Source: Minisyncoccota bacterium
GTDB lineage: Bacteria > Patescibacteriota > Minisyncoccia > Phycocordibacterales > JABAAK01
Assembly: GCA_963668425.1 (NCBI GenBank)
Contig: OY764332.1
Coordinates: 105,241 to 169,240 of the forward strand
Direction of reading: 5' to 3'
DNA: 64,000 nucleotides
The position numbers were made by a program, and so were the translations under genes. This document shows positions 49,774 through 59,941 of the stretch, piece by piece. The notes beneath the pieces are model-generated. The model worked only from the letters and a program-made list of their open reading frames with translations. It was not told the origin of the DNA and did not search any database. Every line of letters begins with the position of its first letter. The first letter of the stretch is position 1.

Positions 49774-51681
49774 TTATTCCTCTTTTTGTTCTCCTGCCTT
49801 GTCGTCTTCTTTGTCAGTGTCATTGCTACTGCTTTCGGAGGTGTCCTTGTCACTGGGGGTTTCGGTGCCGTCAGTGTCTGCTGTTTGTCCTTCGGTGCTT
49901 GCCTGTCGGTGCTTTGCAAATACTCCTGATGCTTCTGTGATTGCCTGTTGGATTGTTTCTTTGTCATCTTTTTCTTTTTCGGCGCGTAGTTTTGTTATTG
50001 CATCTTCTACTTCTTTCTTTGCGTCAGCAGACAAATTGTCCTGTTTTGCAATTTTCTCTCCTTCGTACACTGCCTGCTCTGCGATATTTTGCACTTCAAT
50101 TAACTCTTTTTTCTTTATATCTTCATCGGCGTGTGCTTCGGCACTTTGTTTCATCTGCTCTATATCTTCATCTGAGAGTCCTGATCGCGCTTCTATTTTT
50201 ATGGACTGTGTTTTGTTTGTTTTTTTGTCTTTTGCGGTAACATTTAGGATGCCATCTGTATCTAAATCAAACTCAACTTCAATTTGTGGCATACCTCGTG
50301 GCGCATTGTCAATTCCGTCCAGGATAAACCGTCCCAAACTCTTGTTATCTGTTGCCATAGACCGTTCTCCCTGCACAATGTGTATCTCAACTGAGGGTTG
50401 GTTATCAGCTGCCGTGGAAAATACTTGTGAGGCACTGGTCGGCAATGTGGTGTTTTTCTCAATCACCTTTGTTGCGACACCGCCGAGTGTCTCAATGCCA
50501 AGTGACAGTGGTGTAACATCCAGCAGTAATACATCTCGCACATCACCGCTTAAAATACCTCCTTGAATAGCCGCGCCTAACGCCACCACCTCATCAGGAT
50601 TAATAGATCGATTTGGCTGCTTGCCGAAGAGGTCTTCAACTGCTTTGATTACTGCTGGCATTCGTGTTTGCCCTCCGACTAAAATGACTTCGTTCACATC
50701 GGAAACTGAAGCAGACGCGTCAGAGAGTACCCCTTTTGTAATCTCTAGTGTTTTGTCAATATACCGCTTTGCCAACTCTTCTAATTTTGCACGTGTTAGT
50801 GTTATAAGTAGGTGTTGTGGTCCGGCAGAAGTGGACGTGATAAACGGAATGTTAATCTCTGTTTCTTGTGACTGTGATAATTCTTTCTTTGCCCGCTCAA
50901 CCTCTTCATCAAGCCGCTGTACCGCTAATGAGTCCTCAGATAGGTCAACACCGCTCTCTTTTTTATATTCGGCAACCACATAGTTTAATACCTCACGGTC
51001 AATATCCCGTCCGCCGAGGTGTGAATCCCCACCTGTTGATTTCACCTCAACTATATCATCTCCGACTTGCAAGATAGACACATCAAAGGTACCGCCACCA
51101 AAATCAAACACGGCGATTTTTTCATTTTTCTTTTTGTCAAACCCGTATGCGAGTGCGGCAGCGGTTGGCTCGTTAATAATTCGCTTTACCTCAAGACCGG
51201 CGATTTTTCCTGCGTCTTTGGTTGCCTTTCGCTGTGCATCATTAAAATATGCTGGAGTGGTAATCACTGCCTCGGTTACACTTCCGCCCAGTCGCGCTTC
51301 AGCGTCTTCTTTTAGTTTTCGTAGTACCATGGCTGATACTTCTTCTGGGCTATACTCTTTATCTCCAAGCACTACTGACACTCCTCCGGTTGATGACTTT
51401 TTTACTGAAAATGATGCATTTTTGACATCTTCCTGCACTGCCTTGTCATCAAATGCGTGTCCGATAAATCGCTTAATTCCGTATACGGTATTGGCTGGAT
51501 TCGTAACCGCTTGTCGTCGTGCGGCAACACCCACCAATCGTTCTTTTGTTTTTGCGATAGCAACAACAGAGGGGGTCGTTCTTGCCCCTTCGGCATTTTC
51601 TAAAATCTCAGGACCCGATGACTCCATCACTGCAACCGCAGAGTTCGTTGTCCCTAAATCTATCCCTATAATCTTGCTCAT
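49774..51681 (-). CDS. dnaK: Chaperone DnaK
   Basis: [35 protein letters not shown]. Confidence 0.99.
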   Translation of the reverse strand: MSKIIGIDLGTTNSAVAVMESSGPEILENAEGARTTPSVVAIAKTKERLVGVAARRQAVTNPANTVYGIKRFIGHAFDDKAVQEDVKNASFSVKKSSTGGVSVVLGDKEYSPEEVSAMVLRKLKEDAEARLGGSVTEAVITTPAYFNDAQRKATKDAGKIAGLEVKRIINEPTAAALAYGFDKKKNEKIAVFDFGGGTFDVSILQVGDDIVEVKSTGGDSHLGGRDIDREVLNYVVAEYKKESGVDLSEDSLAVQRLDEEVERAKKELSQSQETEINIPFITSTSAGPQHLLITLTRAKLEELAKRYIDKTLEITKGVLSDASASVSDVNEVILVGGQTRMPAVIKAVEDLFGKQPNRSINPDEVVALGAAIQGGILSGDVRDVLLLDVTPLSLGIETLGGVATKVIEKNTTLPTSASQVFSTAADNQPSVEIHIVQGERSMATDNKSLGRFILDGIDNAPRGMPQIEVEFDLDTDGILNVTAKDKKTNKTQSIKIEARSGLSDEDIEQMKQSAEAHADEDIKKKELIEVQNIAEQAVYEGEKIAKQDNLSADAKKEVEDAITKLRAEKEKDDKETIQQAITEASGVFAKHRQASTEGQTADTDGTETPSDKDTSESSSNDTDKEDDKAGEQKEE

Positions 51682-51865
51682 ATATGTATTATGTATAATA
51701 GTATTTTTATATAAAAACAGCAATTCCCCATCTATTTTTCCACGGGCAATCGCATATTGTTTAGTATAACAATAAATTTGTCTTTTCTTCAACTTTTTAT
51801 TGAGAATTTAATAATCTGATTTGAATATTTTATAGGTTTTTTGTATACTGCGCTGTAAAAACAAC

Positions 51866-52513
51866 ATGACGGATATTTTTATAGATGAGAGTGGAAACTT
51901 AGGGAAAGGTGAGCAGTTTTTTATCATAGCAGCAGTTCAGTTTGAATCAGATGATGATTATAAGAAGTGGAAAAATCTTGCAAAAAGAGTTATAAAAAAT
52001 AAAAATAATTTAAGAGAAATAAAATCCTCTGCAATGGATTATGACTCAAAGAAAGAAATTTTACAGCAGATCAAGAAGAGGAATATACGATTTACTGTTT
52101 GGCTTGGTATTATTGACACAAATCATAAGCGCTATAAAGAGAGATTTATTTTGAAGAATAACTCTAAAGAACTTGCCTTCAATTACACTTTGAAAAAGAT
52201 GTTTGAAAGATGTATTGCAAAAAATATTCAAAAGAGGCATATAGTTGTATGTGTTGACCAGCGAAACACAAAAACTGGTTCAAGATATTCATTGAAGGAT
52301 TACCTAAATGTGGAGTTTATTCATAACCAATCAATTACATTACAGAGTGTTTCTATTGAGTACTGCGATTCCAAAAGGAGTTATGGTGTTCAGTTATCAG
52401 ATTTGGTTGCAAATATCACTTATACTAAGTTTGAATACAATAAATCAAACCATCTTTTTGAGACATATATAAAACCTAAAATATTGGGAGAGTGCAGTTA
52501 TCCAGAATGTTGA
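51866..52513 (+). CDS. DUF3800-family protein (predicted RNase H-like fold)
   Basis: IFIDESG N-terminal motif, EIK, VCVDQR, DSK.SYGVQLSDLVA (QxxD) C-terminal motif. Confidence 0.88.
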   Translation: MTDIFIDESGNLGKGEQFFIIAAVQFESDDDYKKWKNLAKRVIKNKNNLREIKSSAMDYDSKKEILQQIKKRNIRFTVWLGIIDTNHKRYKERFILKNNSKELAFNYTLKKMFERCIAKNIQKRHIVVCVDQRNTKTGSRYSLKDYLNVEFIHNQSITLQSVSIEYCDSKRSYGVQLSDLVANITYTKFEYNKSNHLFETYIKPKILGECSYPEC

Positions 52514-52517
52514 TGTT

Positions 52518-52631
52518 GTAAAAAACGAAAAAGATCCCTGACGGACCTTTCTCTAAGCAACTTATGTTTCGGTGCCGTGATACGACACTTAACCGGCATT
52601 ACGCTTGGGTCTCCACATAAGGTTTATGCCT
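52518..52631 (-). ncRNA. Putative DUF3800-associated structured RNA, convergent with the gene
   Basis: Own promoter (52638-52666), several complementary segments, U-rich end, and a second conserved copy at 45754. Confidence 0.7.
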
Positions 52632-52637
52632 ACTACT

Positions 52638-52666
52638 ACTATACCTTTTTATCTTTATATTTTCAA
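52638..52666 (-). promoter_or_regulatory. sigma70 promoter for the antisense-oriented RNA
   Basis: TTGAAA-17 nt-TATAGT on -, with no ORF downstream. Confidence 0.7.
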
Positions 52667-52855
52667 CGGTATGCGAGATATGTGGAAAATATTGTACCCT
52701 CTCTTGAAGTATTAAAAAGATAGGTTGCCTTTGTCCATGCGTTTGCTATATGCTCACCATTATGCTGTGATATGTGCTTGTTGAAAAGTGTATACATTTT
52801 TTACTACTTCCTTTATACTGGTTGTGTATATAAAGTTTATTGGTGGATTACCATT

Positions 52856-53056
52856 ATGAAACATTTTCTAAATAAAATTAAAGCTATATTTACTGATACT
52901 CAGACAAATGCAAATAAGACAGGTGTTGCTGATGTTACTAGTAATCAAAGTGCGGGCAAGTTGAGTCCAGAAGAGAGGGAGCGGAGAATTAAGCACGCCG
53001 CTGAGTATACTGTTAAAGAATATGGGAGTGTCATTGAACGACTCGCAAAAGAGTAG
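52856..53056 (+). CDS. Small putative antitoxin
   Basis: 66 aa ending EYGSVIERLAKE (Doc-antitoxin-like C-terminal helix); 1 nt before the Doc gene. Confidence 0.65.
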   Translation: MKHFLNKIKAIFTDTQTNANKTGVADVTSNQSAGKLSPEERERRIKHAAEYTVKEYGSVIERLAKE

Positions 53057-53057
53057 C

Positions 53058-53489
53058 ATGAATTTCTTTACTAAGGGAGATCTGTTGCTTTTGTATGAGG
53101 AAGAATATAATACGCAGTATGTAACTGGCGGGCTTTTTGGTGCGTTTCTACCTACAGAAAAAGAACAGTGGGCAGAGCAAATGTTTTCAGCGCAGCAGAC
53201 CGTGCAGACAAGAGTGAGTATGGTTGGCGGTACTGTGCATGAGGCAGCGGCTCGCCTTATGTTCTGTATTATCAAAGGGCACAAACTTGCTGACGGCAAT
53301 AAACGCTCGTCCATTCTTTGTATGATTGGGTTCTATAGATTAAACAACTATAAGTTTAAATCTAATAAAGACGATCTCTACAATAAAACAAAAGAAGTGG
53401 CAGCATTGGACTCTCAGACAATAGATGATGAAAAAGAGATTGTTAACCTCACCAAATTTCTTGAAGATAACACTGAGTCCTTTGAATAA
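53058..53489 (+). CDS. Fic/Doc-family toxin
   Basis: AA.L...IIKGHKLADGNKRSS Doc-type motif. Confidence 0.88.
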   Translation: MNFFTKGDLLLLYEEEYNTQYVTGGLFGAFLPTEKEQWAEQMFSAQQTVQTRVSMVGGTVHEAAARLMFCIIKGHKLADGNKRSSILCMIGFYRLNNYKFKSNKDDLYNKTKEVAALDSQTIDDEKEIVNLTKFLEDNTESFE

Positions 53490-53509
53490 CCGATATGTGT
53501 ACCTGCCTG

Positions 53510-54136
53510 CTATTGTGAAATAGTTGCGCTTGCGGGCTGGACAGTGTCTACTGTAGGGACAGTGACTATTGTGTTTGCCTGGATTTTTGCTCTTACATTT
53601 GAGACGGTACTCGCTACATCAGCATTAGTCAAGGTATAGCCGGTAAAGTGCTTCTCCTTATTTGCACCGATTGTAAGGTCGTGCGCGATGTCGTCGTCTA
53701 TGATAAAGCCGTCTTTATCAAGCCACTCTATTCTGGCGGTAAATGACTTGCTGCTATCAGCGTCATTTTTTACTGTCAAAATCCATGAGAATTTGTAGTA
53801 GGCATCATTCTTTTCTGTAATTTTTGTGGCGATATTTACTATTTGTATACTTGGCTCTTGTGTCTGTGGTGTTACCTCTTCTGACGTGTTCCCTGCCGAC
53901 TGTGTTTTTGCTATCCATGCGCGGTTTCGCTCGGCAACAATGTTGTGTATGTTGCTTAAGATGTACTGGATGCCATTTGAACTGGTCAGTAGCCCTTGTA
54001 GCCATGATTCACACTGTGTCCTCGTCTGACTCTGCACACCTCCAACCAGCAAGCCAAAAACTGCCACAATAGAAAGCACAAAACCAATACACACACCAAG
54101 TAGTATATTCTTATGTAACATCTTCATTACCGGCAC
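53510..54136 (-). CDS. Hypothetical exported protein with Ig-like beta domain
   Basis: N-terminal TM; W.LTVKN...IEWLDKDGFIID motif. Confidence 0.65.
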   Translation of the reverse strand: MPVMKMLHKNILLGVCIGFVLSIVAVFGLLVGGVQSQTRTQCESWLQGLLTSSNGIQYILSNIHNIVAERNRAWIAKTQSAGNTSEEVTPQTQEPSIQIVNIATKITEKNDAYYKFSWILTVKNDADSSKSFTARIEWLDKDGFIIDDDIAHDLTIGANKEKHFTGYTLTNADVASTVSNVRAKIQANTIVTVPTVDTVQPASATISQ

Positions 54137-54288
54137 TATACCCTACAAAACACCGAAGTTTTATCATTATCCCCACTTTCTGTACTACACATAGCATCAA
54201 AGTCAGTCGCAGGCTGCCTTTCCTATTACCCGAGAAAAGTGCAAAAAGTCGGGTATTAGTGGTATACTACAGCTACACTTAATTAAAC

Positions 54289-54326
54289 AAGGAACACCTT
54301 CGCTTTTTAGCGAAGGTGTTCCTTTT
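54289..54326. terminator. Strong hairpin terminator
   Basis: 16-bp stem AAGGAACACCTTCGCT/AGCGAAGGTGTTCCTT. Confidence 0.75.
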
Positions 54327-54360
54327 ACTCAACTCAAAAGGCCTCTTTCTTTTCAATACT

Positions 54361-55359
54361 TTAGTGCACAGGCCATATATAGTCCTTTGTTTCTCTCTCT
54401 TTCCATGCCTTTATGTGCTGAGGGGTGTCGTCGGTAGCGAATTTCCAGAGGTCGTGACGAGTGCCACCAATTCCTACCACACCTTTATCATGTTTTATGG
54501 TCTCTTTTTCTCTCATACAGACGTACTGGACACCATCATTGCTTGACGCTTCAAGCATTGGAAGCCATTTCTCTTCAGAAACCTCACGACAGTCAACTGA
54601 ATCAGATTCAACAGATGCATATCCTTTCACTGTTGTGTTTCGGACAATCATTAGAGGAGATAGTATCTCCCATACACGTTTACCCTTGGTTGCCCTCACG
54701 CAGATGTAGAAGATGCCATCTTCTTTAAGGTCACCAACCTTTAGTATTTTCGATCTGTAGGTTACTTCTTCACATGATTTCTTTTTGGTAAGTGCATATT
54801 TAATCTTTTTTGTTTTAACTCTTACAGTAAATTCTGGGGCAGATATAAGTGGTGCTTTCTTGTTCCGCATCTCATCTTCAGTGATTAATCCCTCGTGCCC
54901 GCGACTAAAACCATTATTTGCTGCAACACCAATAAACCTTGGTTCTCCATCTTTCTTCAAGAACAGTTTTTTGGTTTTATTCTTCTCCAGATCAGCTAGG
55001 TGTTCTATAATGTCTTCAATGGTCCAGTCCGCTGGAAACGAAGGAGGCAAGTTGAACCCATCCCCCTCATCATCAGTAGCATCCTCATCAATATCATCTG
55101 CGCTAACAGTTGTCTGAGTATCATCGGTGGTTTGTGCAACCTCAGCAGTAGTTTGTGTAGAATCAGTAGTATCTTCATCAGTAGCGTCCTCATCATCAAT
55201 AGTATTCTCATCAACGGTTTGTGTAGAATCATCAGTGGTTCGTGGAAGTCCAACAACGGTCTGTGCAGATACGGTGAACACGCTCGCAGATGTTATTGCA
55301 CATATCGTCAATATCACTGCCAAAGAAATACTTTTTCTTTTCATTATTAAGTTTGACAT
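54361..55359 (-). CDS. Secreted protein with Asp/Thr-rich repeats
   Basis: Signal peptide ..VSA; repeated TTDDSTQT/DEDATD; Cys-containing C-terminal domain. Confidence 0.75.
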   Translation of the reverse strand: MSNLIMKRKSISLAVILTICAITSASVFTVSAQTVVGLPRTTDDSTQTVDENTIDDEDATDEDTTDSTQTTAEVAQTTDDTQTTVSADDIDEDATDDEGDGFNLPPSFPADWTIEDIIEHLADLEKNKTKKLFLKKDGEPRFIGVAANNGFSRGHEGLITEDEMRNKKAPLISAPEFTVRVKTKKIKYALTKKKSCEEVTYRSKILKVGDLKEDGIFYICVRATKGKRVWEILSPLMIVRNTTVKGYASVESDSVDCREVSEEKWLPMLEASSNDGVQYVCMREKETIKHDKGVVGIGGTRHDLWKFATDDTPQHIKAWKERETKDYIWPVH

Positions 55360-55485
55360 ATTTATTTTTTATTTTTAATAAAGTACTAAAAGTTCATATC
55401 TGTGTACATATCTATATTAGCACAAAAAACTTACAAGAGTAAGTAAAAGGAGGGGCTATACCCTCCTTTTTATTATAGTTCTAAA

Positions 55486-55908
55486 TTATTTCCTTTTGTG
55501 AATTTCATGATTGAGATCTATAAGCACTATATTGAATACCCCTTTCCATTGGTATCCGAAGATGCGTATCTCTTGTGTTACTGAAAGGTATGATGGATAA
55601 TACTCTTCTCCATTTGAATAATCTGCTTCTTTAGCACATGCATTTTTTATAACTTCTTTAACCTTTTTGTCTTTTATTTCTTTTATCGGATTTGCTTGAT
55701 TTCCACTATAGAGATATTCTGATTTTTGCACTTCTTTCCACTTTCGTCTTTCAAGATTTTTTAATGCTTCAACCACTTCTGCTATTTTTTTAAAATTTTC
55801 TTTCTCCAGTTTTACACTCTTCAATTTTGGTGGGTTGTAATTGTAGTTAATCCTTTCAAATGAGTATTTAAAATCTTCTTCTGTAAATTTAGGATCAATT
55901 ACTGGCAT
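55486..55908 (-). CDS. Putative toxin (RelE-like) paired with Panacea antitoxin
   Basis: FKYSF...RIFGY...VFNIVLIDLNHEI; overlaps the antitoxin stop. Confidence 0.6.
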   Translation of the reverse strand: MPVIDPKFTEEDFKYSFERINYNYNPPKLKSVKLEKENFKKIAEVVEALKNLERRKWKEVQKSEYLYSGNQANPIKEIKDKKVKEVIKNACAKEADYSNGEEYYPSYLSVTQEIRIFGYQWKGVFNIVLIDLNHEIHKRK

Positions 55909-56410
55909 ACTCTTCAGATAATATCGGTTTGTAGTACTTCTGTATTGCTTTTTGTGGAATGACAATATCCTGCTCTCCGTTTTCTACCCTTTTTTTATAA
56001 TGTTTCCATGGCTGTTTGTGTGAGTGAGTGATTTCCATAAGTCGTACCGCTGAGTAACCACCGAAGGTCTCTAATACTTCGCTGACTATCTTTTTATCTT
56101 CATTTGGCACATTGATATCATGCTTCTTTACTTCTGCCTTGGGCAATGGATTGTTTTTATATTCCTTATACTCTTCATATACCTCCTTTACCACCGGCCC
56201 GTATTTCCATGCACATATATCTTCTTCAAACATTGGTCTATCCAACTTAGCTAATGAAAATGCTTGGCAGAAATATAGGAGTTTCTGCAATTTTAGATTT
56301 GATACACCCTCTGAGACCCCTTCATCAATTTCTTTATCTTTGCTATAGAATGCAGTGATGATGTATTTAGCCACATCTGTAGCAGATAGGGTGTTTGTGT
56401 TTGTTTCCAT
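55895..56410 (-). CDS. Panacea (DUF4065/SocA-like) antitoxin
   Basis: A.DVAKY, SNLKLQKLLYF.Q, AWKYGPVV..VY, L.EITH..PW. Confidence 0.9.
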   Translation of the reverse strand: METNTNTLSATDVAKYIITAFYSKDKEIDEGVSEGVSNLKLQKLLYFCQAFSLAKLDRPMFEEDICAWKYGPVVKEVYEEYKEYKNNPLPKAEVKKHDINVPNEDKKIVSEVLETFGGYSAVRLMEITHSHKQPWKHYKKRVENGEQDIVIPQKAIQKYYKPILSEEYASN

Positions 56411-56600
56411 GTGTCTATAGTTGTTGTTTAGTATAGCATGTTACACAAGCATTCCCCTGTTTGAGCATTGTGTTTCAAGATAGTATTTAGATGTTTTTTT
56501 TGACTTATCTTGTTATTTCCTGTATACTATATATAGTATCTTTCTGTCGTATCCTACCTATACCATATAACATAACCTTAATTAGGAAAGGAAACTTCTA

Positions 56601-57143
56601 ATGAAATATGTGCTGTTGCTTCTTTCTTTGTGCATTTTTGCGTTTGGCTGTGGTCAAGAGGGTGGTGTCCAGACACTCATGACTACCGCTGAAACATCGG
56701 TAATCAAAAATGATACCTCTTCTGATGATGTGCCAACTCAAGAGGAGGCGTATGACATGACTATTGACATTTTGACCGCTGTGACGATAGATCGTCTTGT
56801 CGCACGTGAGGCCCTTGACCCTGAAGACCCAGATTATGAGACCCTCATGGACGCTGTGTATGATGAAGCACTGATTCGTGAGGCCGGTTTTTCTCTCTCT
56901 TTTTTGAGAGAGACGTTGCGTCCGATCGTTGCTGATGTGCACGGCATTGTCGTTGAAGAAGAATTTGACCTTGGACTGACCGGAGAGTATGTGTATCTTG
57001 GGTTTCTACACCCAAACAGTAGTCAAGAAGCGCTTCTTCTTTTGTTCAGAGAATCTGTAGAACGTGAAGAAGAGCGGATTCAAACTCTTCATATTGTTGT
57101 TCTTGATCAGGTGTCGGAACAACGCACCCCACAAGAAAACTAA
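56601..57143 (+). CDS. Hypothetical lipoprotein
   Basis: FAFGC lipobox; promoter TTGACT-17-TATACT at 56500-56528; purine-rich SD. Confidence 0.75.
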   Translation: MKYVLLLLSLCIFAFGCGQEGGVQTLMTTAETSVIKNDTSSDDVPTQEEAYDMTIDILTAVTIDRLVAREALDPEDPDYETLMDAVYDEALIREAGFSLSFLRETLRPIVADVHGIVVEEEFDLGLTGEYVYLGFLHPNSSQEALLLLFRESVEREEERIQTLHIVVLDQVSEQRTPQEN

Positions 57144-57235
57144 TGGGGTATATCAAGATCGTATGTATTATACATACGGTCTTTTTTTATACAAAATATT
57201 TTTCTCTTCCGTGGTGACGCAAACTCAACCAGTGT

Positions 57236-57264
57236 TTGACATAAGTTAAAAAATCTATTATAAT
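57236..57264 (+). promoter_or_regulatory. Perfect consensus sigma70 promoter
   Basis: TTGACA-17 nt-TATAAT. Confidence 0.85.
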
Positions 57265-57325
57265 ATTGTTCAGTGTGTTCGTTTTTATGTACTATATGTA
57301 ATTTTGATTTGAGGAGGTAAATATC

Positions 57326-57463
57326 GTGGAACTTTTTTGGTTTTTTGCTTTCAAGTTTTTGTCAGTCTTAGCGCGCGTGGGTATTGTTTGGGCGGTTGCT
57401 ATCACATTCTCTTCCAGATGTCGCAAGATATGGACGAACATTCTGGACAAAATATTTTATTAA
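57326..57463 (+). CDS. 45-aa hydrophobic peptide (MELFWFFAFKFLSVLARVGIVWAVAITF...)
   Basis: GAGGAGGT SD before GTG, downstream of a consensus promoter; below the ORF-track cutoff. Confidence 0.55.
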   Translation: MELFWFFAFKFLSVLARVGIVWAVAITFSSRCRKIWTNILDKIFY

Positions 57464-57476
57464 GCAGGAGAACTAT

Positions 57477-57806
57477 ATGGACTACTATGCGCCGGTGCAG
57501 TTGTATGCCTTACTGGCAATTGGCCTTGCACTCTACTCTGCCACAATGTCAAGATTGGCACTCAGGTATCCGCTTCCTGACAACACGAAGATGTTTGCTG
57601 GAGCTGATTTCCTCCTTTTTGTTACTTGGATACCATTGGCGATGTATCAAGTAGCATTGTTTGCTAACATGTCTTCCGAAATAATTCCCTATCACGATGT
57701 GTCAGATAGCGCGATCCGGCTCTATAAACGGATTGCTTACTTTTCCCACGTGGTAATTGTGTATCTGCTCTTTTTCTGGATGCCTGCTTTTTCTAAAGTA
57801 AGGTGA
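57477..57806 (+). CDS. Small 3-TM membrane protein
   Basis: AGGAG SD before ATG (MDYYAPV...), three hydrophobic segments. Confidence 0.65.
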   Translation: MDYYAPVQLYALLAIGLALYSATMSRLALRYPLPDNTKMFAGADFLLFVTWIPLAMYQVALFANMSSEIIPYHDVSDSAIRLYKRIAYFSHVVIVYLLFFWMPAFSKVR

Positions 57807-57840
57807 TATAAGTAATGTTGTAGTGCAACACCACTCCCAA

Positions 57841-57927
57841 AAGGAGCGACCAATGGTCGCTCCTTATTGTATTTTATAAGGAACACCTCCACTGGAGCAG
57901 AAGCGATCTAACGCTTCTGCTTTTTTT
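57841..57927. terminator. Two hairpins between the convergent membrane gene and the 16S transcript
   Basis: AAGGAGCGACC/GGTCGCTCCTT, and AGCAGAAGCG/CGCTTCTGCT plus a T-run. Confidence 0.7.
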
Positions 57928-57990
57928 ATATACATTTATATACATTTCACACTCTTGGGCATACGCCCGGCACGCACAACATTTATATAA

Positions 57991-58013
57991 CAACTTTCTC
58001 TTGCTCCAGCCGT
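57991..58013 (-). other. 3' arm of the 16S processing stalk (pairs with 59594-59616)
   Basis: Inverted repeat CAACTTTCTCTTGCTCCAGCCGT / ACGGTTGGAGCAAGAGAAAATTG flanking the 16S. Confidence 0.8.
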
Positions 58014-58128
58014 CCCGGTTTCGCATATCCGGGAGAGCGAGTACGATTTACGGACATAGTACCATTGTCCCAATCACTCAAGAAATGGGTGACTGATTGA
58101 TCCATCTCCTTTTCAGGGGAGAAGTTTC

Positions 58129-59590
<1,462 letters not shown>

Positions 59591-59941
59591 AAAACGGTTG
59601 GAGCAAGAGAAAATTGTCAATCAATTATCTCTTGCAGCTATTGTTTGTTGTGTTGCATAGTTTCGTATAGTAAATATAAAAAACTATAGATAGAAAAATT
59701 GTAAGGATCATCATCGCTCTCTTAACACAAATTGTACACGCACATTTACTAAAACACACTACATTGAGATATGCGTTTATATAGTATACCACAGTTATAC
59801 GCATGAAAATAGCAATTTGGTTGCTTTTGCACAATGGACTTGGTGCCGGAAAAATAAAAGATTGCGTGGTTTTCTGTGACGGTCTATAGTTTTTGGCTGT
59901 TTGTTGCCACAAATCAGTGCCCTGCTTGCAATGTCTTTGCT

